Notes under the pieces: generated by a model | Databases searched by the model: none | Seen by the model: only the letters and a program-made list of their open reading frames with translations | Told to the model about the DNA's origin: nothing | Program-made: the position numbers and the translations under genes | Shown here: positions 49,166 to 59,128 of the stretch, in pieces | How the letters are laid out: the number at the start of each line of letters is the position of its first letter | Numbering within the stretch: position 1 is the first letter of the stretch | DNA from: an uncultured Gammaproteobacteria bacterium | GTDB lineage: Bacteria; Pseudomonadota; Gammaproteobacteria; SZUA-229 | NCBI GenBank assembly: GCA_963924875.1 | Contig: CAWUSX010000036.1 | Span: 31,129 to 95,128, forward strand | Reading direction: 5' to 3' | Length of the DNA: 64,000 nucleotides

Positions 49166-50684
49166 AGTTGTTCATTAAACGATCTAATGAACGGTAAGAA
49201 ATGGCCTCGCTTAAATGGCGTACTTCAATCTCTTCTGCGCTATCCAAATCTGCAATGGTGCGGCTCATGCGTAAAATTCTATGATAGGCGCGGGCAGAAA
49301 GATTGAGTTTTTCCATTGCCTCTTCAAGCAATTTTTTTTCTTCTGTATTAAGTCGACAGTAAGTCTCTGTTTCACGACTGGTTAATTGTGCATTGGTTTT
49401 TCCGCAACGTTTGATTTGTTTTTCATAAGCGGAATTTATTCTTTTTTTAACGTCAATATTAGTTTCACTTTTTTCTTCAGTATCAGCCAGTGTTCGTCGG
49501 TCCACGCTGGGAACTTCAATATGAATGTCTATTCTATCTAGTAAGGGGGCAGAAATTCTTGAACGATGTTTGCGTTGCTGCTCTATTGTGCATTGGCAAA
49601 GGTTTTTCCCATCGCAGCTATAACCTTGCGGACAAGGATTCATTGCGGCAATTAACTGGAAGTTGGCAGGGAACTCAGCCTGCCGTGCTGCTCTTGAAAT
49701 AGTGATGCTGCCACTTTCCAGTGGTTCACGTAAAACATCCAGAGTATGCCGATCAAACTCGGTTAATTCATCAAGAAATAAAACGCCATTATGCGCCAAT
49801 GAAATTTCACCGGGTTTTGGGATTGAGCCGCCGCCAACCAAAGCGACACCCGATGCTGTATGGTGCGGTGCACGAAAAGGCCTTTGCATCCAGTCGGCTA
49901 AATCAAATCCCTGATGACTAATAGAACATATCGCCGCACTCTCAATTGCCTGTTGCTCGGTAAGTGGGGGAAGTAATGCTGCGAGTCGTGAGGCGAGCAT
50001 GGTTTTGCCTGTGCCAGGCGGGCCAATCATTAGCATATTATGATTTCCAGCAGCGGCAATTTCCAGCGCGCGCTTCGCACGGTGTTGGCCTTTTACATCA
50101 CTGATATCAAGTTCGTTGTGTACTTTTTTTGGGATGCAAACCTTAGGGCGCTCCAGCTCTTGTTGTTGATGAAAAAATTTACAGATATCGAGAAGATGCT
50201 CTGCCTGAAATATATCCGCGCCATGAATAAGTGCACCATGTTGCGCACAACTTGCAGGTAATATTAAAGTGCGTTGATGCAGCTTTGAGCCAATGGCGAT
50301 TGGCAGTGCGCCACTAACCGAACGCAATGCACCACTTAAAGCGAGTTCTCCGTGAAACTCATATTGCTGTAAATGTTCATCGGGAATTTGTTTGGAAGCA
50401 GCGAGAATGCCAATGGCGATTGGTAAATCATAGCGCCCGCCATCTTTAGGTAAATCAGCAGGTGCCAGGTTAACGGTTATTTTACGTGCAGGAAATTCAA
50501 AGCCACAATTTATAATGGCTGCGCGAACCCGATCTTTACTCTCACGCACTGCAGCTTCGGGTAAGCCAACAATGGCGAGTGCAGGCAAGCCATTTGATAT
50601 ATGTACTTCAACGCAAACAGGAATCGGTGTTACCCCATTGAGGGCTTGCGTGTTGATAGTAGCCAGTGAATTGACTTGAGACAT
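49164..50684 (-). CDS. comM: YifB/ComM-family Mg-chelatase-like AAA+ ATPase
   Basis: 506-aa ORF with the N-terminal Lon-protease-like ChlI region, Walker A GPPGTGKT, and the GVLFLDEL Walker B. Confidence 0.9.
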   Translation of the reverse strand: MSQVNSLATINTQALNGVTPIPVCVEVHISNGLPALAIVGLPEAAVRESKDRVRAAIINCGFEFPARKITVNLAPADLPKDGGRYDLPIAIGILAASKQIPDEHLQQYEFHGELALSGALRSVSGALPIAIGSKLHQRTLILPASCAQHGALIHGADIFQAEHLLDICKFFHQQQELERPKVCIPKKVHNELDISDVKGQHRAKRALEIAAAGNHNMLMIGPPGTGKTMLASRLAALLPPLTEQQAIESAAICSISHQGFDLADWMQRPFRAPHHTASGVALVGGGSIPKPGEISLAHNGVLFLDELTEFDRHTLDVLREPLESGSITISRAARQAEFPANFQLIAAMNPCPQGYSCDGKNLCQCTIEQQRKHRSRISAPLLDRIDIHIEVPSVDRRTLADTEEKSETNIDVKKRINSAYEKQIKRCGKTNAQLTSRETETYCRLNTEEKKLLEEAMEKLNLSARAYHRILRMSRTIADLDSAEEIEVRHLSEAISYRSLDRLMNN

Positions 50685-50709
50685 GGAATCCTTTCCTTTG
50701 AGAAATAGT

Positions 50710-50952
50710 TTAAATCTGCTTTTCTAGTTCTGTTAATTGAGCTTCTAATTGTTGGAGCTTTAGTTGAGTGCGTTCGAGCAAAGCCGTCTGTACATCAAAC
50801 TCTTCACGGCTAACTAGATTCATTTGTTGCAGGCCAGATTCTAGTACCGCTTTAATGTTGTTGTTCGCATCTTCTTTAAGCGTTTTTACGCTGTCAGGAA
50901 TGACTGATGTGAGTTTGTCAGCCAGGTCATTAAGGCTTTGTATATTTATCAT
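50710..50952 (-). CDS. ubiK: Ubiquinone biosynthesis accessory factor UbiK (YqiC family)
   Basis: The tracked ORF starts at 51000. The start MINIQSLNDL... at 50952 gives 80 aa. The protein has the LVSREEFDVQ...L.....L..LE coiled-coil signature. Confidence 0.78.
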   Translation of the reverse strand: MINIQSLNDLADKLTSVIPDSVKTLKEDANNNIKAVLESGLQQMNLVSREEFDVQTALLERTQLKLQQLEAQLTELEKQI

Positions 50953-51018
50953 GAATGCTCCCGTCAGATATTTGCAAAGTGTACCGTATTTAAGCTGCAC
51001 CTGCTTTGTATAGTTGAT

Positions 51019-51065
51019 CGCTCCAAATTGGTGCGAATTTGCTTTTGCTGGTCGAGATTGGTGCG
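51019..51065 (+). promoter_or_regulatory. Candidate NtrC enhancer sites
   Basis: CGCTCCAaatTGGTGCG (51019-51035) resembles TGCACCA-N3-TGGTGCA. A second ATTGGTGCG copy lies at 51057-51065, exactly 30 bp downstream. Both are 75-120 bp upstream of the sigma54 promoter. Confidence 0.45.
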
Positions 51066-51139
51066 GTTAAGCTGTTTTAAATCGAGTTAGATCCAATAAT
51101 AATTGATTAAGTTATTGTTTTTATTGAATGAATGTCAGT

Positions 51140-51155
51140 TGGCACGTCTGCTGCA
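51140..51155 (+). promoter_or_regulatory. Sigma54 (RpoN) -24/-12 promoter
   Basis: TGGCACGTCTGCTGCA compares with the consensus TGGCACG-N4-TTGCW. The GG and GC dinucleotides have the correct spacing. It lies about 60 bp upstream of the porin ATG. Confidence 0.7.
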
Positions 51156-51213
51156 ATATATCACATAGAGTATTTTTAATAAGTTACAAAAAATAAATAA
51201 TAGGAACTAAAAC

Positions 51214-51849
51214 ATGAAAAAACTAAACGTATTAGCAATCAGTGCAGCAGTAGCCGGTGCATTATTAAGTGGTTCAGCAGTAGCAGACGTTACAGCTAAT
51301 GTTGGCGTCACTTCAAACTACTTATGGCGTGGTGTTTCACTAAGTGGTGAAGCTGCAGCTGTTTCAGGTGGTGTTGATTACTCTCATGCCTCTGGTGCAT
51401 ATGCAGGCGTATGGCAGTCTAGTGAAGGCGCTTCAGGCAGTGCTGAAACGGATGCATATGTAGGTTTCGCTGGTGAAGCTGAAGGTATTTCATATGACGT
51501 AGGTTACGTTTCTTTCATGTACCCACAAACTAATCCATCAGCTGATTTCGCTGAAGTTTATTTGTCAGTGGGCTATGAGTTTGCTGAGTTCTACTATGCA
51601 AACTCAAGTGACATAGTGCTAGGTACTGGTGAGGGTTCAGACTACATGGCTTTAACATTGTCATACGATAAGTTTTCAGTAGTCTACGGTGATTACAGCT
51701 TTGATGATTCAAGTAATGATTACACTCACGTTGATCTAGGTGTTGCGTTAACTGACGAACTGAGCCTGACATACTCACAAAGTGATATCACTGGTGATGA
51801 CGATGGACGCTTAGTGATTGCTTACGGTCTTGAGTTCGACGTTAAGTAA
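51214..51849 (+). CDS. TorF-family (Gcw_chp, TIGR02001-type) putative outer-membrane porin
   Basis: 211-aa ORF with a signal peptide. Its start ...VGVTSNYLWRGVSLSGEAAAVSGGVDY and its beta-strand-rich, acidic composition fit this family. It lies upstream of glnK-amtB, as is common for the family. Confidence 0.7.
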   Translation: MKKLNVLAISAAVAGALLSGSAVADVTANVGVTSNYLWRGVSLSGEAAAVSGGVDYSHASGAYAGVWQSSEGASGSAETDAYVGFAGEAEGISYDVGYVSFMYPQTNPSADFAEVYLSVGYEFAEFYYANSSDIVLGTGEGSDYMALTLSYDKFSVVYGDYSFDDSSNDYTHVDLGVALTDELSLTYSQSDITGDDDGRLVIAYGLEFDVK

Positions 51850-51854
51850 AATAA

Positions 51855-52244
<390 letters not shown>

Positions 52245-52266
52245 ATAGAATAGAGAGGGCATTTCT

Positions 52267-53532
52267 GTGGAAAATCAAATTTTCGAACTCCAGTATGCTA
52301 TGGACACCTTTTACTTCCTGGTGTGCGGTGCATTAGTAATGTGGATGGCGGCAGGCTTCTCAATGTTAGAAGCAGGCCTGGTCCGTTCAAAAAACACGAC
52401 TGAAATTTTAACAAAGAACGTTGCTCTATTCGCAATCTCTTGCATCATGTATATGGTGTGTGGATACGAATTGATGTACGAAGGTGGCTACTTCCTTGCA
52501 GGTATTGCAGGTAATGAGACATTGGTTGCCGATGCATTAAAATCATCTGCTGAAGAAGGTTTTAACGGTGGTTCAGTTTATGCAAGTGCTGCTGACTTCT
52601 TCTTCCAGGTAGTATTCGTTGCAACGGCAATGTCTATTGTTTCTGGTGCGGTTGCAGAACGTATGAAGCTTTGGGCTTTCCTTGCATTTGCAGTAGTGAT
52701 GACAGGTTTCATCTACCCAATGGAAGGTGCATGGACCTGGAATGGTGCTGATGTATTTGGCATGTACAATCTTGGTGAGCTTGGTTTCTCTGACTTTGCA
52801 GGATCCGGTATTGTTCACATGGCGGGTGCCGCAGCTGCATTATCGGGTGTTTTACTGTTAGGTGCTCGTAAGGGTAAATACGGTGCAAATGGCCAGATTA
52901 ATCCAATTCCTGGTGCCAACTTGCCAATGGCAACATTAGGTACATTCATTTTATGGATGGGCTGGTTCGGTTTCAACGGTGGTTCAGTTCTTAAGCTAGG
53001 CGATATTGCTAGTGCTAACTCAGTTGCAATGGTGTTCCTGAACACTAATGCGGCAGCTGCTGGTGGTGCAATGGCGGCTATTATCACTGCGCGTTTATTG
53101 TTTGGTAAAGCAGATTTAACAATGCTACTCAACGGTGCATTAGCAGGCCTGGTAGCGATTACGGCTGAGCCTTCAACGCCTACAGCATTACAGGCAACTT
53201 TGTTTGGTGCGATTGGTGGTGTTCTGGTTGTATTCAGTATCGTTGCGCTAGATAAAATGAAGATAGATGATCCGGTTGGTGCAATTTCTGTACACGGTAC
53301 ATGTGGTCTATTAGGTTTATTGTTAGTACCTGTTACTAACAGCGGTGTTAGCTTCTCTGGTCAGTTGATCGGCGCAGCGACAATTTTTATCTGGGTGTTC
53401 GGCGTAAGCTTCATAGTATGGTACGCACTTAAAGCTATCATGGGTATCCGTGTAAGCGAAGAAGACGAATACGAAGGAATGGATCTTGTGGATTGCGGTA
53501 TGGAAGCATATCCAGAGTTTACATCTAAGTAA
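52267..53532 (+). CDS. amtB: Ammonium transporter
   Basis: 421-aa polytopic ORF with Amt-family motifs (DFAGSGIVHM and the GAISVHG twin-His region). Confidence 0.92.
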   Translation: MENQIFELQYAMDTFYFLVCGALVMWMAAGFSMLEAGLVRSKNTTEILTKNVALFAISCIMYMVCGYELMYEGGYFLAGIAGNETLVADALKSSAEEGFNGGSVYASAADFFFQVVFVATAMSIVSGAVAERMKLWAFLAFAVVMTGFIYPMEGAWTWNGADVFGMYNLGELGFSDFAGSGIVHMAGAAAALSGVLLLGARKGKYGANGQINPIPGANLPMATLGTFILWMGWFGFNGGSVLKLGDIASANSVAMVFLNTNAAAAGGAMAAIITARLLFGKADLTMLLNGALAGLVAITAEPSTPTALQATLFGAIGGVLVVFSIVALDKMKIDDPVGAISVHGTCGLLGLLLVPVTNSGVSFSGQLIGAATIFIWVFGVSFIVWYALKAIMGIRVSEEDEYEGMDLVDCGMEAYPEFTSK

Positions 53533-53580
53533 TACTTAGGCGTAAATATCAGTGGCTTAGACTCCTGCTGGTTTGTGGTA

Positions 53581-53610
53581 AAGGCCGATGCATTGCATCG
53601 GCCTTTTTTG
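53581..53610 (+). terminator. Rho-independent terminator after amtB
   Basis: AAGGCCGATGCA-TTGCATCGGCCTT is a perfect palindromic stem followed by TTTTG. Confidence 0.75.
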
Positions 53611-53702
53611 TGGCTGGGTTTTACACTAGATGAATGAAAAATTATTTTCTGCTATGGTGAGGCACATTATGCGCATCATTTTAAGAAATAGGAGAATTAA
53701 CC

Positions 53703-54176
53703 ATGGAAAGAGTTGTTGCCTTAATTTTGTTTATGGGTTTAACACCTATAGCTAATGCAGAAATATATAAATGGATAGATGATCAGGGGCGTGTAAATTA
53801 CAGTGATAAAGAAATAAAAAGTGCAGAATCGCTGGAGTTGGATACTGAAAAGAAAGGACATATCAATACGGGAGCATCAAGAGAAGAAAAACGTAGAATC
53901 CTGCTAGATGCAATACAGGAGGATAAAGAGAGAGAACTAAATCAACAAAAAAAGAGTCGTAATCAAAAGAAGAGGCAGGAGCGAGGTTGTATTTTAGCAA
54001 AAGATAGACTTAAGCGATTTGAGCGAGCTAGTTATCTGTATGATTTAGACAAAGACGGAAATAAAGTAATAGCATCAAAAGAAGAACGTAGCGTAAGAAC
54101 ATCAAAATTAAGAAAAGATATAAATAAAAATTGTAAGTCATTAATTGGATTTTTAGCAGGTCAAACTATTTTTTGA
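53703..54176 (+). CDS. DUF4124 domain-containing protein
   Basis: 157-aa ORF with a signal peptide followed by EIYKWIDDQGRVNYSD, the DUF4124 signature. The remainder is basic and coiled. Confidence 0.7.
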   Translation: MERVVALILFMGLTPIANAEIYKWIDDQGRVNYSDKEIKSAESLELDTEKKGHINTGASREEKRRILLDAIQEDKERELNQQKKSRNQKKRQERGCILAKDRLKRFERASYLYDLDKDGNKVIASKEERSVRTSKLRKDINKNCKSLIGFLAGQTIF

Positions 54177-54841
54177 AATGCAGATTCTTCCTTACTTGAG
54201 GGCCTGAAAAATAATGCGTCATGCTTGTAAATCTTAGATTGTCCATTCTTTAGCTCTGTTGCAAATACCAGGGCGTCTTTCTCCAGTTTTTTAATGCCAT
54301 TTCTGTTTACAAATATAAGAGCGCCATTGTTCATGTTTATAACTGACAGGCGTAAACGTCGCGGTGGGGTTTTATCATCAATATATATTTCACACCATAT
54401 TCCAGGTTTTATATTTGATGGTAGCTTGGCAAGCTTTTCGAGGGCGCTAGAATTTGTGTTTTTAGAAAAATCTGAGTGTTTAGCAGTGCCCAATTGTTGG
54501 TTGTAATGTGAAATCAGGGATTTTAAAGCGGGCTCTACACTCGCCTCTGAATGATACAGTAATAGCATGTTATTATTGCTGCGCGCTATGGACATGAAAT
54601 TATCTTTTAATTGCCCGAACTGCTCTATATTTTCAATAGGTTGAATTGAGTCAATAAGGTCAATATACATGCGAATAGCATTGTTCCATTGAGGTGTATT
54701 GCTACCATGGTTTTTTAAAATGTGGAGTAGTGTGCTGGGCCAGAGCTTTAAAACTATACTTTGGCAGCTTTTTGGAATATCTTTTTCCTGCAGACAAAGT
54801 TTTATTTTAGCGCTTAGCTTTTCTTTTAAATGGTTGCTCAT
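54161..54841 (-). CDS. DUF1631 C-terminal-region paralog (short form)
   Basis: 226-aa ORF. It aligns by eye with the last 270 aa or so of the upstream 778-aa protein. Examples are KPGIWCEIYIDDKTPPRRLRLSVINMNNGALIFVNRNGIKKLEKDALVF against RPGVWFKVFNGEDSPARRAKLSVIVMEEAKLVFVDRVGVKVIEKDAAIF. Confidence 0.6.
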   Translation of the reverse strand: MSNHLKEKLSAKIKLCLQEKDIPKSCQSIVLKLWPSTLLHILKNHGSNTPQWNNAIRMYIDLIDSIQPIENIEQFGQLKDNFMSIARSNNNMLLLYHSEASVEPALKSLISHYNQQLGTAKHSDFSKNTNSSALEKLAKLPSNIKPGIWCEIYIDDKTPPRRLRLSVINMNNGALIFVNRNGIKKLEKDALVFATELKNGQSKIYKHDALFFRPSSKEESAFQKIV

Positions 54842-54905
54842 AACTTCTCAATGCCGGTTTGCTTTTAAGAAGGCTTCCTTACCTATTGTTTTATATTAAA
54901 ACTAA

Positions 54906-57242
54906 TTAATTTTTTCCAGATAAAGAGTTTATAACTACACCTAGCGCATGATCGAATGCAGAATGATCAGCTAAGAATGATGATTTTTCAGCACTAATCT
55001 CTTCATTGAATATAGCGGCATCTTTCTCTATAACTTTTACACCTACTCGATCTACAAAAACTAATTTTGCTTCTTCCATTACTATAACGGAGAGTTTTGC
55101 TCTGCGTGCCGGGCTGTCTTCGCCATTGAATACCTTAAACCAAACGCCAGGGCGAATATCTGATGCAAGTCCTGCAATCTTTTCACGAGCAATTCTTGCC
55201 TGCTCTTGAAGAGGATCTATCTCGTCATCAAGGTCAATGGTTGGATCTTCCATTGCATCTAATTCACCATCAGCATCAACAGGTGAAAAGTAGGTTTCAT
55301 CATTATGCATTATTGCTGGATTATACTTACTAGTGGTTAATGCGTTATCAATAATGTTATAAACATTATTTATTTCATTATCAATCTCAATAGGATTTTG
55401 TTTTGTATCCAGAAGGCTTTTCTGGATATAGTCAATAGTCTCATCCTTCTCGTGTTCTAATGTATAGTATGCCTGTGATGATTGTATGGGCTGTAATAAA
55501 TGAATTAACTGTTTGATCGTGGAGGATGCTTTTCTCCATTCATCGCTGTCCTTTCCAAATTTGATATAGCGGTGAAACATGAGAGTTGACCAGTTTCTTA
55601 ATATTAATTTTTGCGCAGGTTTGGCAAGTGTTTTGTTTTTAACATGGTGTTGTAGTTCGGTTAAAACCATTTCTCTTGCGTGAGCCTGTAAAACTGACTT
55701 CTGTGTTTTTCTTTCTGTTTCAATCGCCTTGTTGAGTTCTCTTCCTTCGATTAGTTCCAGAGAATCTACGGCTGTTTCAAAATTACCTATATCAATATCA
55801 AATTCGTTTAGAATATTGTCTATAACATTTTCTAGTTCAGTGAATAGCTCGTCATCGCGAGTTAATATTCCACGGCCTAAATGTGCGATTATATTGAGTG
55901 TAGTTTTACAGGGATGATCGCCTGAGGTGATGAAGTCTTCATCTATCATTGCAACTTTAATAACGGGAATCTGCAGGCGTAGTAATAAATTGGTAACCAG
56001 TTCAGGAATGCTCTCGTCATCAATGATGGCGTTAAATAACATTTCGATTAAATCGATTGTTTTTTCGTCGACCTGACTAACTTGTTTGGTGATGGCACCA
56101 CCAGATTGTGCGCCAATATTTGTTAGTAGTGCCTGTTTCAATTCACCAATATTTATTTGATTATCATTGAAATGAGTGTGTGATGTTTTGTGTTGAAGAT
56201 TGGATAACGCATTCATTACATCACGGCGGTCGTAATATTGCGTACCCTGGGTGCCTTTATTAGATGACGTTGTTGTAAATGATGATGGAATACCCGGGCC
56301 CGATGCAGTGAGTGTGCCCTGGATAAACTGACTGGCAACTCTGTTTATTTCCTGTTGCATGCCGCCTGATGAATTGCTTGTCGATTGTGCGCCGTTGCTA
56401 GTGCTGTTGCCAGTGTATCCGCTACCGATATTAGTTGATTGATAATTAGATGTGCGCGAGGGATCGCACATTGGATTTTCACGATAGATGCCTTCATCGA
56501 GTGGTATAGATGCTGAAAAGTTTCGAGCTTTACTTTCGTTTCTTCTTTCGGGTGTGTTAGCCAGTTTTATTTGTGGCAATACGCCTTTATCGATAAAAAG
56601 CTGATTTAGCTTTTTATATAGAGAGGCGAGTTGCAGGACAACTTCTTGATCGAATAACTTGTAGAGAATTAATTTATTATTGGTTGAAAGTTTAATATCT
56701 GAAAGTGCATCTTTGAAAGATTCGCAAATATTTTTCGGTGAAAGAGCGTCTTTAGGGAAAACATTGTTTAGCTTTAACGATAAAAATTCAATGCGCGCTT
56801 CTAAATGATTAACCGCTTCACCATATTGGTTCATCGCTTTTGAGTGCATAGCCGATATAGCAACCAGTTCCTCCATTTCGCTTTGATCAACAAGGCTAAG
56901 TTCATCTTCATCAAATACTTTTTTTTCTGTTTGTTGTTCTGCTTTTAAATAGGTGTTTATGTTGTTTGCGAAATTTTGCGATACATTGCTACGTTCTGTG
57001 CGCAGCATACGCATAGTGTCGAAATATTGAGTTTGATCTTCATTTGAATCGGCATTTTCAGCCAACTGGAATAAGATATCATCAGCGCCATTAAACATAT
57101 GGCCGATGAGTTTAGACAGTTCTTCACTCAGGCAGTCTTCAATTTGTTCTGTAAGTAGCTTTAGCTGCGTATTGTTTTTATTAGAGCTGCTGAACTTATG
57201 TATTATTGCGCTCATCTGTCTATTCCACAAAATGATGGTCAT
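54906..57242 (-). CDS. DUF1631 family protein
   Basis: 778-aa ORF, or a start at 57215 (MSAIIHKF...). The N-terminal F.GADD.LF.LAE.A.SN..Q..YFD.MR.LR pattern is typical of DUF1631. Confidence 0.7.
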   Translation of the reverse strand: MTIILWNRQMSAIIHKFSSSNKNNTQLKLLTEQIEDCLSEELSKLIGHMFNGADDILFQLAENADSNEDQTQYFDTMRMLRTERSNVSQNFANNINTYLKAEQQTEKKVFDEDELSLVDQSEMEELVAISAMHSKAMNQYGEAVNHLEARIEFLSLKLNNVFPKDALSPKNICESFKDALSDIKLSTNNKLILYKLFDQEVVLQLASLYKKLNQLFIDKGVLPQIKLANTPERRNESKARNFSASIPLDEGIYRENPMCDPSRTSNYQSTNIGSGYTGNSTSNGAQSTSNSSGGMQQEINRVASQFIQGTLTASGPGIPSSFTTTSSNKGTQGTQYYDRRDVMNALSNLQHKTSHTHFNDNQINIGELKQALLTNIGAQSGGAITKQVSQVDEKTIDLIEMLFNAIIDDESIPELVTNLLLRLQIPVIKVAMIDEDFITSGDHPCKTTLNIIAHLGRGILTRDDELFTELENVIDNILNEFDIDIGNFETAVDSLELIEGRELNKAIETERKTQKSVLQAHAREMVLTELQHHVKNKTLAKPAQKLILRNWSTLMFHRYIKFGKDSDEWRKASSTIKQLIHLLQPIQSSQAYYTLEHEKDETIDYIQKSLLDTKQNPIEIDNEINNVYNIIDNALTTSKYNPAIMHNDETYFSPVDADGELDAMEDPTIDLDDEIDPLQEQARIAREKIAGLASDIRPGVWFKVFNGEDSPARRAKLSVIVMEEAKLVFVDRVGVKVIEKDAAIFNEEISAEKSSFLADHSAFDHALGVVINSLSGKN

Positions 57243-57526
57243 TGTGTAATGGCACTATGTCAAGGTGTTCTATGACGAGGTAAGCCGGAGGCTTTGCGTT
57301 AGTGCGCATCTCTGCTTTTGCAGGCCTAGTATTAAGGGACTAGTGCCAGCGGATGCTTTTGACATTTAAGTGAGAGGTATAGGTTACTCACGTATAGTTA
57401 ATAATTTAGCTGTTTTATTAAAGCGGCATAGTGAGCTAGTTCACAAAAGAGTGGTTTTTGATTATTCATCTAAATGATGATTAGCCATGCTTTAACGAAC
57501 TATAGCGGATGTAATGCTCAGTTAAA

Positions 57527-57550
57527 GCGTGAGCTGATATTAGCTCACGC
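57527..57550 (-). terminator. Hairpin downstream of the HDOD gene
   Basis: GCGTGAGCT-6 nt-AGCTCACGC is a perfect 9-bp stem 30 bp after the stop. Only a short TTT follows on the minus strand. Confidence 0.4.
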
Positions 57551-57580
57551 AATTATGATAAGCGGTGTTTTATGGGTCGG

Positions 57581-58444
57581 CTATATCTTTGGGCAGATGA
57601 TGTCGAGTACTTCTGCAGCCTGTTCCCATGCTTTGTCCATGACTTCAGGTAAAATTTCCAGCTTAAGCCCGGTAATCTCTAGTGTTTTAGGTTCAAATGA
57701 GGGGTAGTCGTCTAGTAGGTGCTCATCAATTTCTACATCTGGCCCAATGGCATTAACTATGCAGTTTGCAATGTGAACGATTGCCGTTTCGATACGATAC
57801 TCTTTAGCGTTAAGTGGGGTGTGGTGATGAGCAATAACTTCTTTCAGCGTGTCTGATAACTTCCATGCATCTATTAGTGCGGCGCCTACATCGGCGTGTG
57901 TGAAACCAATGATCTCTTTTTCAGCATTATAGAGTTGTCCATCTGTATCGGCGGCTTTTAGTAAAACCTGTTGTGAAAGCTCGGGTTCTTTAAAATATAA
58001 AACAAGCTTGCCAATATCATGCAGCATGCCGGCAACGAATAAGCGTTCACCATGAAGTATGTTGCAGTACTTGGAGAGTAGACGGGCTACGATGCCTGTG
58101 TGTACGCTGTGGCGCCAAAATAAATCTATATCGACCAGCTGGTTAGGTATGCGCTTGAATGTGTCGACTGCGGAAGTGGCTAACACTAAATTACGCAGGT
58201 CGTCTTCACCAATGACTGAAACGGCTCGACTCACCAGCTCAACCTGGTTTGTAAGAGAGTAGTAGGCGCTATTAACAATACGCAAAATTCTGGCGGTAAG
58301 CGCGGGATCGTGACCAATGATATCGCCGAGTTGTTTGGCGTTATGATTTTCGTCTTCTAGTGCCTGTGAAACTCGGATATATATTTCTGGCAGTGATATA
58401 AGTTTAACGACGCCTTTGACGAGGTCTTCAGCTTTGTTAGCCAT
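57581..58444 (-). CDS. HDOD domain-containing signalling protein
   Basis: 287-aa ORF with the patterns LP..P.....L........A..L...I..DPALTA..LR.VNSA.Y and HD.GK. Confidence 0.8.
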   Translation of the reverse strand: MANKAEDLVKGVVKLISLPEIYIRVSQALEDENHNAKQLGDIIGHDPALTARILRIVNSAYYSLTNQVELVSRAVSVIGEDDLRNLVLATSAVDTFKRIPNQLVDIDLFWRHSVHTGIVARLLSKYCNILHGERLFVAGMLHDIGKLVLYFKEPELSQQVLLKAADTDGQLYNAEKEIIGFTHADVGAALIDAWKLSDTLKEVIAHHHTPLNAKEYRIETAIVHIANCIVNAIGPDVEIDEHLLDDYPSFEPKTLEITGLKLEILPEVMDKAWEQAAEVLDIICPKI

Positions 58445-58617
58445 TGTTCTTCCTATTACTTTATTCTTTTTATAGTGTTTAATTAACCCGTTTGGGTTAT
58501 TAACCGTGAATAATGACGTATATGGCCTAAGTTTTCTAGGAAAAACTTATCAAAAACTTAGGCTTAGTTAATATTTCGCACCTAAATGTTGAAACGCGGT
58601 GGATGTTCGCTATGGAT

Positions 58618-58995
58618 TTATTGATTACGCATAAAGTCGGCTGTTTTGTAAAAGGCGGCATAGAGTTCTTTTTTAAGGCCGTCATCTAAGTTCATATCGA
58701 GCATCGCCTGATTCATGCATAGCATCCATTGATCACGTTCCCGTTCGCCAATTTTGAATGGCATATGCCGTTGGCGTAAACGAGGGTGGCCATATTTCTC
58801 AATATATAGTGAAGGGCCGCCAAGCCATCCGGATAAAAACATAAATAATTTATTACGTGCATCACTTAAGTCCGGGGCATGAATTTTTCTTAATTCGACC
58901 GTATCTGGACGAGAATCCATCAAATCATAAAACCGATCAACAAGCTCGCGCAGCTTTTTTTCGCCGCCGAGGCGCCCATAATGTGTGTTTTCCAT
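58618..58995 (-). CDS. Group II truncated hemoglobin (GlbO-like)
   Basis: The tracked ORF starts at 59028. A likely start is MENTHYGRLGGE... at 58995. The YGHPRLRQRHMPF.I and ERD.W motifs are typical of 2-on-2 globins. Confidence 0.8.
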   Translation of the reverse strand: MENTHYGRLGGEKKLRELVDRFYDLMDSRPDTVELRKIHAPDLSDARNKLFMFLSGWLGGPSLYIEKYGHPRLRQRHMPFKIGERERDQWMLCMNQAMLDMNLDDGLKKELYAAFYKTADFMRNQ

Positions 58996-59128
58996 CAGAA
59001 TCCGATAAATAAAGCCAATTTGCGGCATTCTACACTAATCATTGTTCGCTAATATGCTGTATAATTTGCGACCCAATTTGATTGGCCGGTGAGACTGGCC
59101 CTATTTGCGCCAGGAGCACAAAGCAGAC

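Noticed and set aside
57474-57707. 77-aa plus-strand ORF overlapping the 3' end of the HDOD gene
   Set aside because: It overlaps the well-supported HDOD CDS in antisense and spans the hairpin at 57527-57550. It has no family signal.
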